A DNA stretch of 64,000 nt from positions 90,148,001-90,212,000 of the forward strand of contig NC_079169.1 in NCBI RefSeq assembly GCF_947568905.1. The letters are read 5' to 3'. The DNA is from Ostrea edulis (Eukaryota). Shown in pieces: positions 12,706 to 24,308 of this stretch. Position numbers and translations under genes: made by a program. Numbering within the stretch: the stretch's first letter is position 1; the number at the start of each line of letters is the position of its first letter. Below the pieces are notes generated by a model, which saw only the letters and a program-made list of their open reading frames with translations, was not told the DNA's origin and ran no database searches.

Positions 12706-13116
12706 TGAATTCACCGATTAATTATGTTGGGTTTTTTCTTTGGTGGCATTATTGGGAAAGGACAGTGATTTTTCATTCTCGACAAAAAAGGGCAATGCAT
12801 TACAATTTGAAACAAGAGGCTCATGAGTTTGAATATTCACCTGAGTTAGACGTGTTACATGTTATGCACGAACTCTGAGAACAGAAAGTTTCACACGTCA
12901 GTCTTTGTTTATCACTGATCTAATATGATAGTAATATCTGCAAAACAACCTCCTAAATAGTCATGCATTAAGTGTTATTCTTGTTTTGATCCGCCACTTG
13001 CTTTTTTTCCTTTCTGTTGTTGCGTCAATCGACAGGGAACCAGTTTATTAGCGACTTTATTAGTGACGTTTACAACAAACAATGATGACGTTACCAGATT
13101 AAATAAACAGACAAAT

Positions 13117-13225
13117 ATGTTTGTAAAGTTTTTATCAATTCCACTTTTATCATTTGGATTTTTGGAAATTTTAGCATTCAGCTCTTCCAATATGGCATCT
13201 TCAGCTTACGGAGAAAGAGGCAAAG
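13117..13225 (+). CDS. EGF-TM gene exon 1: signal peptide (MFVKFLSIPLLSFGFLEILAFSSSNMASSAYGERGK)
   Basis: ATG at 13117, hydrophobic N-terminus, phase-1 donor AAAG|GTGGGG compatible with the next exon. Confidence 0.65.
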
Positions 13226-13418
13226 GTGGGGTGGTTAGATGTTGTGAGGAATTTGTCGACATGCCCACAGGCATACCAACTGCAACACCAAGTATATACA
13301 CTAGGCGATAGTCTATATCGATGTTTCGTGTTCATGTTTCGATATTTTCCTGTCTAATATTGTAGTTTATAAGGCAAAGAAAGATAACTCTCAATCTTCA
13401 TATTTTCATTTATTTCAG

Positions 13419-13487
13419 TGGGAGCGGATTTATCAGATATCCAAAAGCGTTCCGTGGATAGTAGAAAACCGATCAGGCCAGTAAAGA
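13419..13487 (+). CDS. EGF-TM gene exon 2 (VGADLSDIQKRSVDSRKPIRPVK)
   Basis: Acceptor TTTTCATTTATTTCAG, donor A|GTAAGA, 69 nt, phase 1-1. Only one reading frame is open. Confidence 0.7.
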
Positions 13488-13832
13488 GTAAGAAAAATAT
13501 GTAGATTTTGGTTTGGTACGAGCAGGTTATATCGACAATTTATGATTTGATAACAGAACTATGCGTGAATCCACTTATTCAGATGGGTTTTTTTTATTCC
13601 AAGAGGTGGGGATAGATCTACTAGGATCCACTCCTTGTAACATTTTTTTTCAAGGTTGGTCCAAGTGCAAGTCCAACTAATGTCTGTGGAAACGAGGGGG
13701 TTATTTATATTCGGTCTTCCCTCCATATACATACACCATCAACTGAAAAAAGTAGTACAATTATGTATTGATGTTATGGAACACTTCTAATCATGCTAAT
13801 ATGATAATTCTGTTGCTTTATGTATTTTTCAG

Positions 13833-13847
13833 CATTTCATGAATTAG
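13833..13847 (+). CDS. EGF-TM gene exon 3: 15-nt microexon (TFHEL)
   Basis: Acceptor TGTATTTTTCAG, strong donor G|GTAAGT, phase 1-1, frame-preserving. Confidence 0.55.
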   Translation, partial: HFMN

Positions 13848-13976
13848 GTAAGTTCTCTTTCAATCAGATATTTATACACAGGCATATTTTTTGAAAACTG
13901 TTGATTTTCGTCCACCAAATATTCCTTCGGACTGGTAGGAAGTGAAAGTACATTTCATTGTTTGGACTGGTAAATT

Positions 13977-14957
13977 TATTATACCTCCGAACGAAGTTCT
14001 GGGGGGTATATAGGAATCACTCTGTCCGTCCGTCCGTCCATCCGTCCGTCTGTCTGTCTGTGCAGATTCATGTCCGGGCCATAACTTCTTTGTTCTTTAT
14101 AATAATAATAATAATAATAATAAGACCTTTATTTAACCAGGATTACATATTTAGCGATAACGCTAGTTTTCAATATGGTCCTGCATATAACATACATACA
14201 GACAGATATTAGTAAAATAAACACAGATTAAAAGAAGTAGAATACATATAATACATATCTTTGACTTAGGCATCACCATGAGACGATGTGTCGAGTATCT
14301 TCATGACCTCTATATGACCTTGACCCTTGACCTCAAGGTCAAAATTAAAGTTTTTTGTTTTTTTTTTACAATGGATTCGTGTCCGGGCTATAACTTCTTT
14401 GTTCTTTGACATAGGCATACCATATTTGACACATGAGTGTATCACCATAAGATGATGTGTGATGTACCTTCATGACATCCATATGACCTTGACCTCAAGG
14501 TCAAAATTAAAGGTTTTTACAATGGATTCGTGTCAGGGCCATGACTTCTTTGTTCTTTGACATAGGCATACCGTATTTGACACATGAGTGTATCATCATG
14601 AGACGATGTGTCGGGTACCTTCATGACCTCTATATGACCTTGAACTTTGACGTCAAGGTCAAAATCGATGATAGGGTTTTAACATAGTCATACCATAAGA
14701 CATGGATGTATCACCATGAGACTATGTGTCATGTACATTCATGACCTCTTTATGACCTTGACCTTTGATCTCAAGGTCAAAATTATAGGTTTATACCATG
14801 GATTTGTGTTCGGACTGTATCTTCCATTTTCTTCTACAAAGGCATACCATATTTTTACACTCAGGAAAGAGGTAATTTATACCTATTAACAACACCCTTT
14901 GGGAGATTGGGGTAAGCGGGGGTATTCTTAGTGAGCATTGCTCACAGTACCTCTTGT
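13977..14957 (+). mobile_element. Non-autonomous Helentron-type element (HINE / pearl-like)
   Basis: T-rich 5' start with ATACCTCCG..GGGGGGTAT hairpin, (TCCG)n/(TCTG)n microsatellite, several ~150-160-bp core repeats (ATGACCTTGACC..AAGGTCAAA), 3' subterminal GCGGGGGTAT and hairpin GTGAGCATTGCTCAC. Confidence 0.85.
14099..14257 (-). mobile_element. 3' end of a 5'-truncated non-LTR retrotransposon (L2/CR1-like tail) inserted in the HINE
   Basis: Minus strand ends ...CCTGGTTAAATAAAGGTC(TTA)n. It interrupts the core motif GTTCTTTGACATAGG, with TCTTT duplicated at 14094-14098 and 14258-14262. Confidence 0.65.
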
Positions 14958-15563
14958 TCAAATATCTGGCATCCAAGAAACACATTTCAAAAACTTGCTT
15001 TAGGATTTCTTATTATACACTTATTGACATTTTGGGGTAAATACGATGCTTTTTTTAATTAGCTACACGATTACAAAATTCACCAAGACCCAGGAGAATA
15101 CATGTTCTGCACTTCTCCGATAGTCAACTGGAGTGTGGATCCAAAAGTCAGGAGCCTGTGTTTAAAATTTTGTTTTGATAATCAATTTACTTATCCCCAT
15201 GATGTTGATCTGTTGCATACAGTCTATCGCTAATTAAGATTACAGGTTATGGATCCGCTGACAATAGCGGATCCAATTCAATTCATTTATTCTCACAAGT
15301 CAGTCAACATGACATAGAGAAATACAGACTATATATATATATATTTTTTTGTACAGAATTGCTTTAAAGCAGATTTAATTAGTTTTTAAATTTATTAACT
15401 TTCCCTTAATTACATGCTTGAAAACCTTTGCATGTAAAAGAAAGTAGTGACAAGATTATTTCTAAAAAACGTAAATATAAGTGGTATGCATAAATTATAC
15501 ATTGTCTGTTACATGTAGTCCCATGCGCGTCAGGGGAATCTCAACATGATGTACATGTAACTC

Positions 15564-15617
15564 TAGCTGCAATAAAAAAAAGAAAAAAAATCAGAGAGGG
15601 CTACATTATTGCAGCTA
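15564..15617. mobile_element. 54-bp minimal TAGCTGCA-family TIR element with 9-bp TSD
   Basis: TAGCTGCAATAA...TTATTGCAGCTA flanked by ATGTAACTC at 15555-15563 and 15618-15626. Confidence 0.85.
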
Positions 15618-16049
15618 ATGTAACTCAGACGCAACTGTCTAACTTTAAGACCGAAAGGAGCGTAAAACAACGAATTACTAAGAGATATTCGATGAAAATT
15701 ATGTAGCAATATACACGGCTTTCACCGATGATCTGAAAAAGTCACTTGAAATGGCCGAGTGACGATTGTTTGTAAACAAGTAATTGCGGCTAAAACAGAG
15801 GAAATGATGTTTGACATGTACAACCTCATAAATACGTACGTGCGATGATTTAACAGCGTTTTTACAAGGTGGAATTTTTTTTTTCGAAATTCGGACCATG
15901 GAACTTTAACATTTCACCGGCAGTATGCATATTGAAAATATTTGATTGGCGGATCCAGAACAGTTGGACTGAAATGGTCGTTATTCATATATGCATGTGT
16001 GTTTAACTTTGCGGTCTCTATAACGCTCTTAAATTGGTCTTTTTTGAAG

Positions 16050-16175
16050 TGGACTCCAATCCTTGTGGACATAATCCCTGTCACAACAGTGGACTTTGTG
16101 AGTGGACCCCCAGGAGTAGCCCGCCCTTCATCTGCCACTGCCCCGTGGGTTTCACCGGAGTTAAGTGCGAAAAAG
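16050..16175 (+). CDS. EGF-TM gene exon 4: complete EGF-like module (VDSNPCGHNPCHNSGLCEWTPRSSPPFICHCPVGFTGVKCEK)
   Basis: Six cysteines in EGF spacing C-x4-C-x5-C-x11-C-x-C-x8-C with GFTG. Acceptor TTTTTTGAAG, donor G|GTGAAG, phase 1-1. Confidence 0.92.
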
Positions 16176-17165
16176 GTGAAGTCAGATTTATATAAAAGTC
16201 TTATGGTAAATAGAGGGTGTTTCATAATAACTGCCGTCTGAGAAAACTGTGAACTTGAACTCTATGGACTTTGGTTATTTTAATAATTTGGGAAATACAT
16301 GTATAGGTATTACTATTGCGGTATATACTTTTGAATAAAAATATGATAAGAATCTGAATTATAGCACGCATTCACACAGAGTAGCACTTAAACGGATTAA
16401 TGTGTGTTTAGCGGACGTGTTTTTGTTCCAATTTTTATGTTAGATTTTAATAATATCAATATTACGAAGACGAATATGAATATGAAATTAAAAAAAAAAA
16501 TATCTTACATATGCATATAAAAAACTGCGGTTGTAGAGAAGGGCAGCCTGTCTTTTTACACACTTTCTTTCCAAAAAGAGGCCGAGTGTTGTCCCATACC
16601 ACGTGTTATTTATTTGTATTTAACAAACCGTAAGTGTTTTACACATGATCTAGCATAGTGAATTTAGTGTGATACCTCCTTACTCCTACATGTACGTACA
16701 GTCGATGAATTCGATGTAAAAAAAAAAATCCCGACGCCGTTGTTTTCTTTCCGCCCGCGTGTGAAGACTGCACGTAATGCTATAAAAATTAGGCCATCCG
16801 AATATATCCGAGAGTTTGACCTATTCCTTTCATCTGGACTGCCTTGGTACAAGTTATGATATTCAAAGACACATTAATATTTAACCATGTTAGTTTTGGA
16901 AAAAAATAATTATTGGTACATATGTACAGCGTATCTTTAAGCCAACATATGTATGCATATTCATGCGCGGATCTAGAGGGGGGTGGGGGGGGGGGGTGTC
17001 CGTAACCCCTTTCCCCGCTCCTGGGATTTGCAAAGTATATATACAAGGATAATTTATGAAGAAGAAAAAATTAGTTGTTACATTTGTAAGCTAAGTATTG
17101 TGAACAGAACCAAATCACAAAATTATCATGCATGGCCTAACTAGAGTTGAACCATAGTACGATCG

Positions 17166-17355
17166 CAATCGGAACTCCTCGAATGTCTCGCGCACTCGAC
17201 ATAGATCTCGGATGTAATACGATGGCATCCATGAGCGAATTTGATGCATTGTCAATTGTGACGTCACAGCAATGCATCAAATTCGCTCATGGATGCCATC
17301 GTATTACATCCGAGATCTATGTCGAGTGCGCGAGACATTCGAGGAGTTCCGATTG
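17166..17355. mobile_element. 190-bp palindromic MITE with 10-bp TSD (AcademH-like)
   Basis: 86-bp perfect arms (17166-17251 / 17270-17355), 18-nt loop. AGTACGATCG duplicated at 17156-17165 and 17356-17365. Termini CAATC...GATTG. Confidence 0.92.
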
Positions 17356-17665
17356 AGTACGATCGAACTGCCTTTGGTCGAAACCGGAAGAAGTATCACT
17401 GCGCATGTCTGGTCTACCACACAGCAACCTCATCCGGCACACTACGGATGATAGCAACCTATGCTTACAGAATTGTGAAACTTTAGTAACCAGACATGGA
17501 CACTGAAGGTCCGGAAGCAAGCTATAGGCATGCGCAATTAAGTTTCGGAAATCAACTAGACAACTACTATGGTTGATGATTGAACTAGGCCCATAAAATC
17601 TGCACAAATTGTTCTCAAAGGAATGTACACACTGGAACGATTATTTCTACATCCTTCTTTTACTT

Positions 17666-17931
17666 TCCTGTGGGGATCCGGTTATAGAATAGGTCTTCCC
17701 CCTTGCTTATCGTAAGAGGGAACTACATGTAAATGTGGAGGTCCTTCGGATGAGATCGCAAAAACCAAGGTCCCGTGTCACAGCAGGTGTGGCACGATAA
17801 AGATCCCTCCCTGCTGCAAGACTGTAAGCGCCGAGCATAGGCCTAAATTCTGCAACCCTTCACCGGCAATGACGACATCTCCACATGGGTGAAAAATTCT
17901 CGAGAAGGACGTTAAACAATGTACATCCATC
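17666..17931 (+). mobile_element. 5'-truncated oyster-type SINE with 16-bp TSD
   Basis: Homologous to 8383-8640, with (ATCC)n tail. CATCCTTCTTTTACTT at 17650-17665 and 17932-17947. Confidence 0.85.
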
Positions 17932-18933
17932 CATCCTTCTTTTACTTACAATTTACATAATCACCAGTAATTGATGTACAGTGTGATAATTTTATTCATA
18001 CTCGATGATTATTTAACCATAAATTAGGATTCGACGTATCGATATTCACACCTTTCGCTAAAACTTCCGAACATTGAATGGAAACCTTTGATGCTACAGT
18101 ATAATAAAGTCAATGACTTTGGTAGAGTATTGACTGTCACTACTTCATTCATCATTGGAAATTCACTGAAAAGAAATGGTACAATCATTTATTAGGCAGG
18201 GTAATCATAGATTATATTAATCTTGAAAGTATCTTTGGCTAAATCAGGCACTTACCACGAGGGGTATGGGTACAATATGTTTTTTAGAATTGCTCTCCGT
18301 TTTTTTGTCCATCTTCGGTAGTCATGTGTCGGTCAAAAAACTTTTGAATTTCTGGAACGGTTGAATCAATTTCAACCAACTTTGTTATATGTAATATCTA
18401 TTGTTCAAGGGGGAAACATTGAGAATTTCTTGGACTCTGTATCCCTATGTCTCGAGGATTGTGACCAAAACTATAAAAATTGATGTAATCATCATCTGTC
18501 TGCCTGCCCGTCATTTTTCTCTTCGTCTGTCTGTAATTTTAGCATTGTTCATTTTAAGTCAATGTGCCAGTAACTATGAAAACTATAAGGAGTCTTTTGG
18601 ATTAAAATCGCCTACTTATAGAATTTTATTTGAATTTACTTCAAAGCTCAATTGATATGTTTTCCAGTTGCATCTTTAGATTGTTTTCTTCATTGTTGAA
18701 TGTCTTTGGTAAGTGATTTTGGAACAGATATTATGAAACACCCCGAACTTCTCCTTTTCTTACGAAAGCAGACCAAATTATAGTCAAATGATTTCGTTCA
18801 ACAAATTTTTATCTAATCCGATTTAAAAAAAAAAAAAAAAAATCCTTTGTAGACTTGCATGGTGTTAAAGCTGAGGGTGGTGGTAAGCCTAAACTTTATT
18901 CACTTTTAAAGAATGGCATAGTTTTGTGATTGA

Positions 18934-19400
18934 TTTTAGCTCACCTGTGCTGAAGGCTTGAGTGAGCTTTACTGGTCAACTTTTGTCAGATGTCTTTTTG
19001 TCCGTAAATCTGTCTGTCTGACGTAAAATTAAAAAAATAATTGATCTCAATATGAGGCACTGGGCTATATCGACTAAAGTTGACACAAAACATCCTTTGT
19101 TAGAGGGAATGTATTTCTTCCTAAGGGTAAGTAGTACGGAAACAGTCAAATTAATATGGAGACATTTAGAAATCTTCTCGGGAATCATTAATCCAGAAAA
19201 GACTAAATTACTTGGAAGCATGTTCATGTAGTATAAATGCAATTTTGTTCAAATGGTGGTTTTGGGGTCAATATGGGGCTAGAATGGGATTTAGAATTTT
19301 ATATAGGATTACAATGTATAGGGACTTTCTTTAGAAATCTTTCAAGAGCCATAAAATTACACTGGTTTTATCAAATGAAAACATCGTTGGTTTTTTTTCC
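18934..19400 (+). mobile_element. Degenerate CvA/pearl-like HINE
   Basis: Starts TTTTAGCTCACCTGTGCTGAAGGCTTGAGTGAGCTT, then a (TCTG) tract and eroded core repeats. Same 5' signature as 31657. The right boundary is approximate. Confidence 0.65.
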
Positions 19401-20782
19401 CTCAATTAGTGCATGAGATCATAAAATTTTTCATAAAAATATATATAAAGGGGAAACTTTTTAAAATGTTCTCAAGAACGATAAAGTTTTGATTTGTAAA
19501 GTTACATGTCATGTTATATGCGTTTACGAATTAAACACATGTCTAAACACGTATTTTATGTTTAAAATCTAAGCACATTGTTTACAGTGTGGACATTGGA
19601 GATATACCAAAGAACCACAGATTCACTCCAAAAATAACCTTTATTTACAGCGCAACTTTTAAATAACTACTGTCACTGCAATATACATGATAGTCTTATC
19701 TCTTACAGTCACACAGTTCTAAAATGTGACAGACATACATACACATTTAATTGTACAAAGTTGAAGGGTGGAACGTGGAATATTCATATTCATACTCTAT
19801 ACGCGATATGAAGGGTTGAGTTATATAGAATACTAACTTCAATGAAATTTATGTGATAAAATGAGATGTGTTTAGGTAAAAATGTTGAAATATTTATTCT
19901 ATATCGTAGAAATTAATTCAAAATAAGGAAAGGGGGTTAAAACGTATTTCTAACAACAACAACAAAAGCAAAATATTTCGCCGTTTTAAATACGATTTTT
20001 TTTCTGTATAAATCGAAATAACGATGACACTGTATAGCGTTGTTTTCAGAATTTACGAAAATGTTAACTTGAAGTTCCGAGTAAGTCAGACTGGCTTGAT
20101 TTCTTCAACATGTTCTTGCTCAGTGTTCAATTCTCTGCAATATGTCGGTATCATATACATGTATCATACATGAAAGTGTTTATCTTCATTTCGTGGGCAA
20201 AAAAAAAAAATCTGTCAACGGCTTAACTGTACTGATGTATCTAAAATTAAAACGTTGATCAAAGTTCCAGGAAATAAAATTATTTTTCTGAATGCTTTGA
20301 TACGCAATTAAAGATTTTTGATTTAAACATCAATGGAAGGCAACTACATTGTAGGACTATGTTTTGTTTTTGTATAGAAAGGGACATTTTTTATTAAGCA
20401 AAATGTGAAAATAGAAAAAATAGCTAATTTCAATATAGAATTATATTTCAACAAACTACATGTAAATCGTTGCTTTGTGTAAAGGTCAAGTATGACTAGT
20501 TTAATGAAAAGATTTTAAACATATTTCATTTGTGACATGACAAACGTTTTGAAATATGATAAAGCAAATTGACAAAATATTCTGTTTAGAAGAATCCATT
20601 TCGTCTGACCTAGGCTGAACCTTTTTTAAAAAAGATGTGGAAATAAACAATAACTGAAGAAAATTGCAATCCTTAACATTAATAAGTCAGTGATTATTGA
20701 TATGTTACAACACTACACTGCATTCACAGAGGCCTGTATAAAACTATGCATATTGTTGGGTTTTTCTTTATCAATTTACAAG

Positions 20783-20940
20783 AAACCCGTCCAAAGAATG
20801 GAAATATGTCGTTTAACGATGTTATCAACCTGATTGACAATAAAACAGCTACCCAGATGCTGGCGGTGTTTGGTGGAACAGTACTCGGCATTATCCTGAT
20901 TATCACAGTCCACTGCTGCAGGGTCATACGTAGAAAGCAA
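20783..20940 (+). CDS. EGF-TM gene exon 5: stalk, transmembrane helix and basic stop-transfer
   Basis: Phase-1 acceptor TTTTCTTTATCAATTTACAAG. Peptide ETRPKNGNMSFNDVINLIDNKTATQ-MLAVFGGTVLGIILIITVHCC-RVIRRKQ, with N-glycosylation sequons NMS and NKT before the helix. The donor is either GT at 20941 or GC at 20937. Confidence 0.85.
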
Positions 20941-21056
20941 GTAGATAAGAACTTTTTTCTAATTATAATATGAATTATAGACATTATAATCTGTTTAATA
21001 TCTAAAACGAATAGGGCCGGACACAACCCATGTTCATATTGTATAATTGAATTCAG

Positions 21057-21246
21057 CTGAATGTTATACACAGGAAGAAGGAGGATTCAGATTACCTGAG
21101 GCGGTTACAGTCGCACGACGTCCCTGATACTCTTCCTCCTGGCTGCTGTGAGCTAAGTAACGTTGTGTTCTTTGAGACATTGTGTTGTCTGGGTATCATC
21201 AAAGAGAACATAAAGAAGGAGGTGGCCGAAGTTAACGTTGACCAGT
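21057..21246 (+). CDS. EGF-TM gene exon 6: juxtamembrane cytoplasmic segment
   Basis: Open frame LNVIHRKKEDSDYLRRLQSHDVPDTLPPGCCELSNVVFFETLCCLGIIKENIKKEVAEVNVDQ. Strong phase-1 donor T|GTAAGT at 21247. Alternative acceptor at 21073. Confidence 0.75.
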
Positions 21247-22051
21247 GTAAGTAACATGGAAAGGAAAACAATATAATGTACCAATAGCTCTAGAACCACT
21301 GTAGTATATTTGCAAACTTTGTATGCCACTTTGGTCAATTGCAAATAAATCTTAAGCTTGTAGTCTATGAATATGAGCTTTTCAAGAAAGTGAAAGAATT
21401 TACAAATACCCTTTCGTCCCTGAAAGACATGTATCTAACGAGACGCTTTTAAGAATATTGATACAGGAAGACATTTACCCCCATTTTATTTTCCCATGTT
21501 TTCACCCTCATTCTTTGTCTGTTTATCTAAAACTGGGAAAATTAGAATATACTCAGAGCTCTGAAGTGGCTTGGAACGAAAATGTTGTTCAATACGTCTG
21601 GGCGAAAATAGCACTGCACGAAAATGTCCCTCTAAACAGTAGTGAAAGAGGTTCGCTCCTGAGTTTTATAGCATGCCAAATTTGTCGGAAGTATACTTTT
21701 AATTTCAACATTGAAGGGAAATCGTGACATCAAAAAGAAAAATCTGAGGTCATAGTGCTTGTTATTGAGCTATAGTATACATGTATTAAACTTGGCCTTT
21801 TTGTGCTTAAATTTTACTTCTGATTTATTTGCATAATGTCGACTTGTCTGTCGGTATCAACACAACATAAGCAATGCAAATTAATCATTACATCAAATAG
21901 ATACATAATCATAAAAGTACCACAAAAGGTACATCATACGCCTGTCGGACAGTTAAGAAAATGTCAGTGCAATATCTGTAACTGTATCCATAATGAGAAA
22001 AAGTCTAGAAAACTGTTTGATTTACTTTTAGCCTTAAAGTAGGTGAAGGTC

Positions 22052-24241
22052 TAGCAGCAATAATGTAGCCCTATCCGACTTTTTTTATTCTGAGGTTTTC
22101 AGGATAGGGCTACAATTCCATAGGATCTCCGTTATGGTGCAAAATAATTTTATGAATAACCAATAATAAGCTCCGTGTATTAGTCCCAAATGTTGTTTAC
22201 ACCAAAAGGAGTACCGCTTTTGTGCTTGGGTATGTAGAATACAGGTGTTTTTCATTAAACATCATGTACAACATGCAAAATTCTTCGTCTGCTCTGCCAT
22301 GCTTGTTATCGCGAGATCTCATAGGTGGATCTACTGAAAAACTTAAACATTGAAAATCTGCGCGAAAATGTAGTTACTCGAGCCACTCTGACAAAGAAAG
22401 AAAAGCATATGGTTGCAGAAAGAATTTACACTCTGCTGTTCGTTTTTTAACTTGATATTAAATCTAAACCTTTTTAATACCGACGAAAGAGCTTTCACCT
22501 CCGTACTTGTCCATTGGTGTAAATACTACCTAATATGGCATATGCAAATAACTTGACAATCGGAAGTTGAAACTTCAGTACATCAAACATGGCGCACAAA
22601 TATGAATCGAGAAATTGGAATATATCGAAATTGTTGAAAACTGTAGAATAGAGCCTCACAAATCGTAAGTTGCAGGTTTTTAATTTATATAATGACCAAG
22701 AAACATAGAATATCATTTTATTTACGTAACACATAGAACTTTCCTTGAACTAATCATGCTCCTACCGGATGTACTTAATATGCGTGTTTTAGGGCATGCG
22801 CCATACGTAAATAGGTAAGAAAATATCAACATCCGATGTATTTTTAGAAGCGGAAGCACGTGTATGTAAATTTTCAATAAACGATGTCTTGGCGATTTGT
22901 ACCTTCCCTGAGCTGAGTCTAGTAAGGCTACGTACATGGCGAAAAGTAAGAGTTGGAAATTAAAAATTTTACTTATCCACCTCAAGAAGAAAATTCATAT
23001 ATGAAATTAAAAATAGAAGAATTATCAGACGGTGAAGTAATCTAGTTACATGCTGAGTGGGGGCGCTATAGGTGCCAAACGAATGAAAGAATCATCTTGA
23101 CTTACAACAAATTTTGATTTCCTTGTTACGGAATCTGATGTCTCAATATAGGCCATGCCATTGGCAAAATAATCTCTTCAGGATTAGCATTACCCCCTCT
23201 TCAGTCAAGAGCTTGTAGTCTTTGTACAAAATATTGCATGCAGAGGGCTGGATAAAAACACATTTAGCTTAGCACATCAGATGATTTTTAAATTTTGATA
23301 TAAATGAAAGCAAGTGGACAATAAACATTGTTGACTGTGGTGTAGGGGCAATAAGTAAAACAGTTCAGACAGGCACTGCCCCATCTGCCAGAACAAGTCA
23401 TTATTGAATCTTGACGAAGATAACTGATGATTTTCTTTTATTGTATGGGGGTTTGTATAGAAATGGGAACTAAAATCAAGTGTATTCCCTAAATTTGAAA
23501 ACTTTAGAGATAAGAATGCATATTTGAATCAAATTCTCTTCGAAATATCATTTCAAAAGCCGAGAAAAATTTAAAAATCTAACGAAAAATTACGTTTAAT
23601 AATGAAAACAATCAACCGGAAGTAGTATTTTTCTCAAAATTTGCTGTAAGGAAATATGATTTACCCAGAAAATGAGGAAAAAACTCTGAATTGGACTTAC
23701 TGCAACTTAATCGTCAGAGGAAATTCAAGCTACTTACAAAAATCGAAGATTCAAATCAAAATATCCTCATAACAATTATTAGTTTAATCACCGAGTTGGG
23801 AGTATATCAATCTCTTTAATCACAACCAGTCGAAAATATTTAAAAAATCATTAAAAATTCATTTCTTGATCAATTTCTATAAAAAAAATTCCCAACGAAG
23901 CGCTTATTTATATTCTCTCAATTTCAGATCAGTGCGCATGTGCAAAGGGAAAATCCCGTCTGAAAATAGAAATGCGCATACCTGATAGGGTCGTATCAAT
24001 ATACGGCCCGCTTCAATGTTGCGACGTCATAGGTCACCTAATTTGCATTAATTATTCATAGTTACAAGGAGCAAGGAAAGTTCTATGTGCGTAAAGAAAG
24101 TCAGCACATGTTTAGAATGATCGAAAATGTTGCGGGAATGAACCACTCCCGCATTTGCACCATTACGGAGATCCCAAGGAGTTGTAGTCCCCCCCCCCCC
24201 TCTCAAAGAAAAAATCGGAGAAGGCTACATTATTGCAGCTA
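22052..24241. mobile_element. 2,190-bp non-autonomous TAGCTGCA-family TIR element (AcademH-like)
   Basis: ~90-bp imperfect TIRs (TAGCAGCAATAATGTAGCCCT.../...GGCTACATTATTGCAGCTA). TSD GTGAAGGTC (22043-22051) / GTCAAGGTC (24242-24250), 8 of 9 identical. Confidence 0.8.
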
Positions 24242-24308
24242 GTCAAGGTCCATCAATTAACTAGCTGCAGAACTGTAGCTCTCTGAAAAAATATTTTGAC
24301 ATAACAGA

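Noticed and set aside
22325-22355. Candidate terminal exon of the EGF-TM gene (CGSTEKLKH-stop)
   Set aside because: It lies inside the 22052-24241 transposon and has a weak acceptor; the 36292 exon is a better phase-matched partner.
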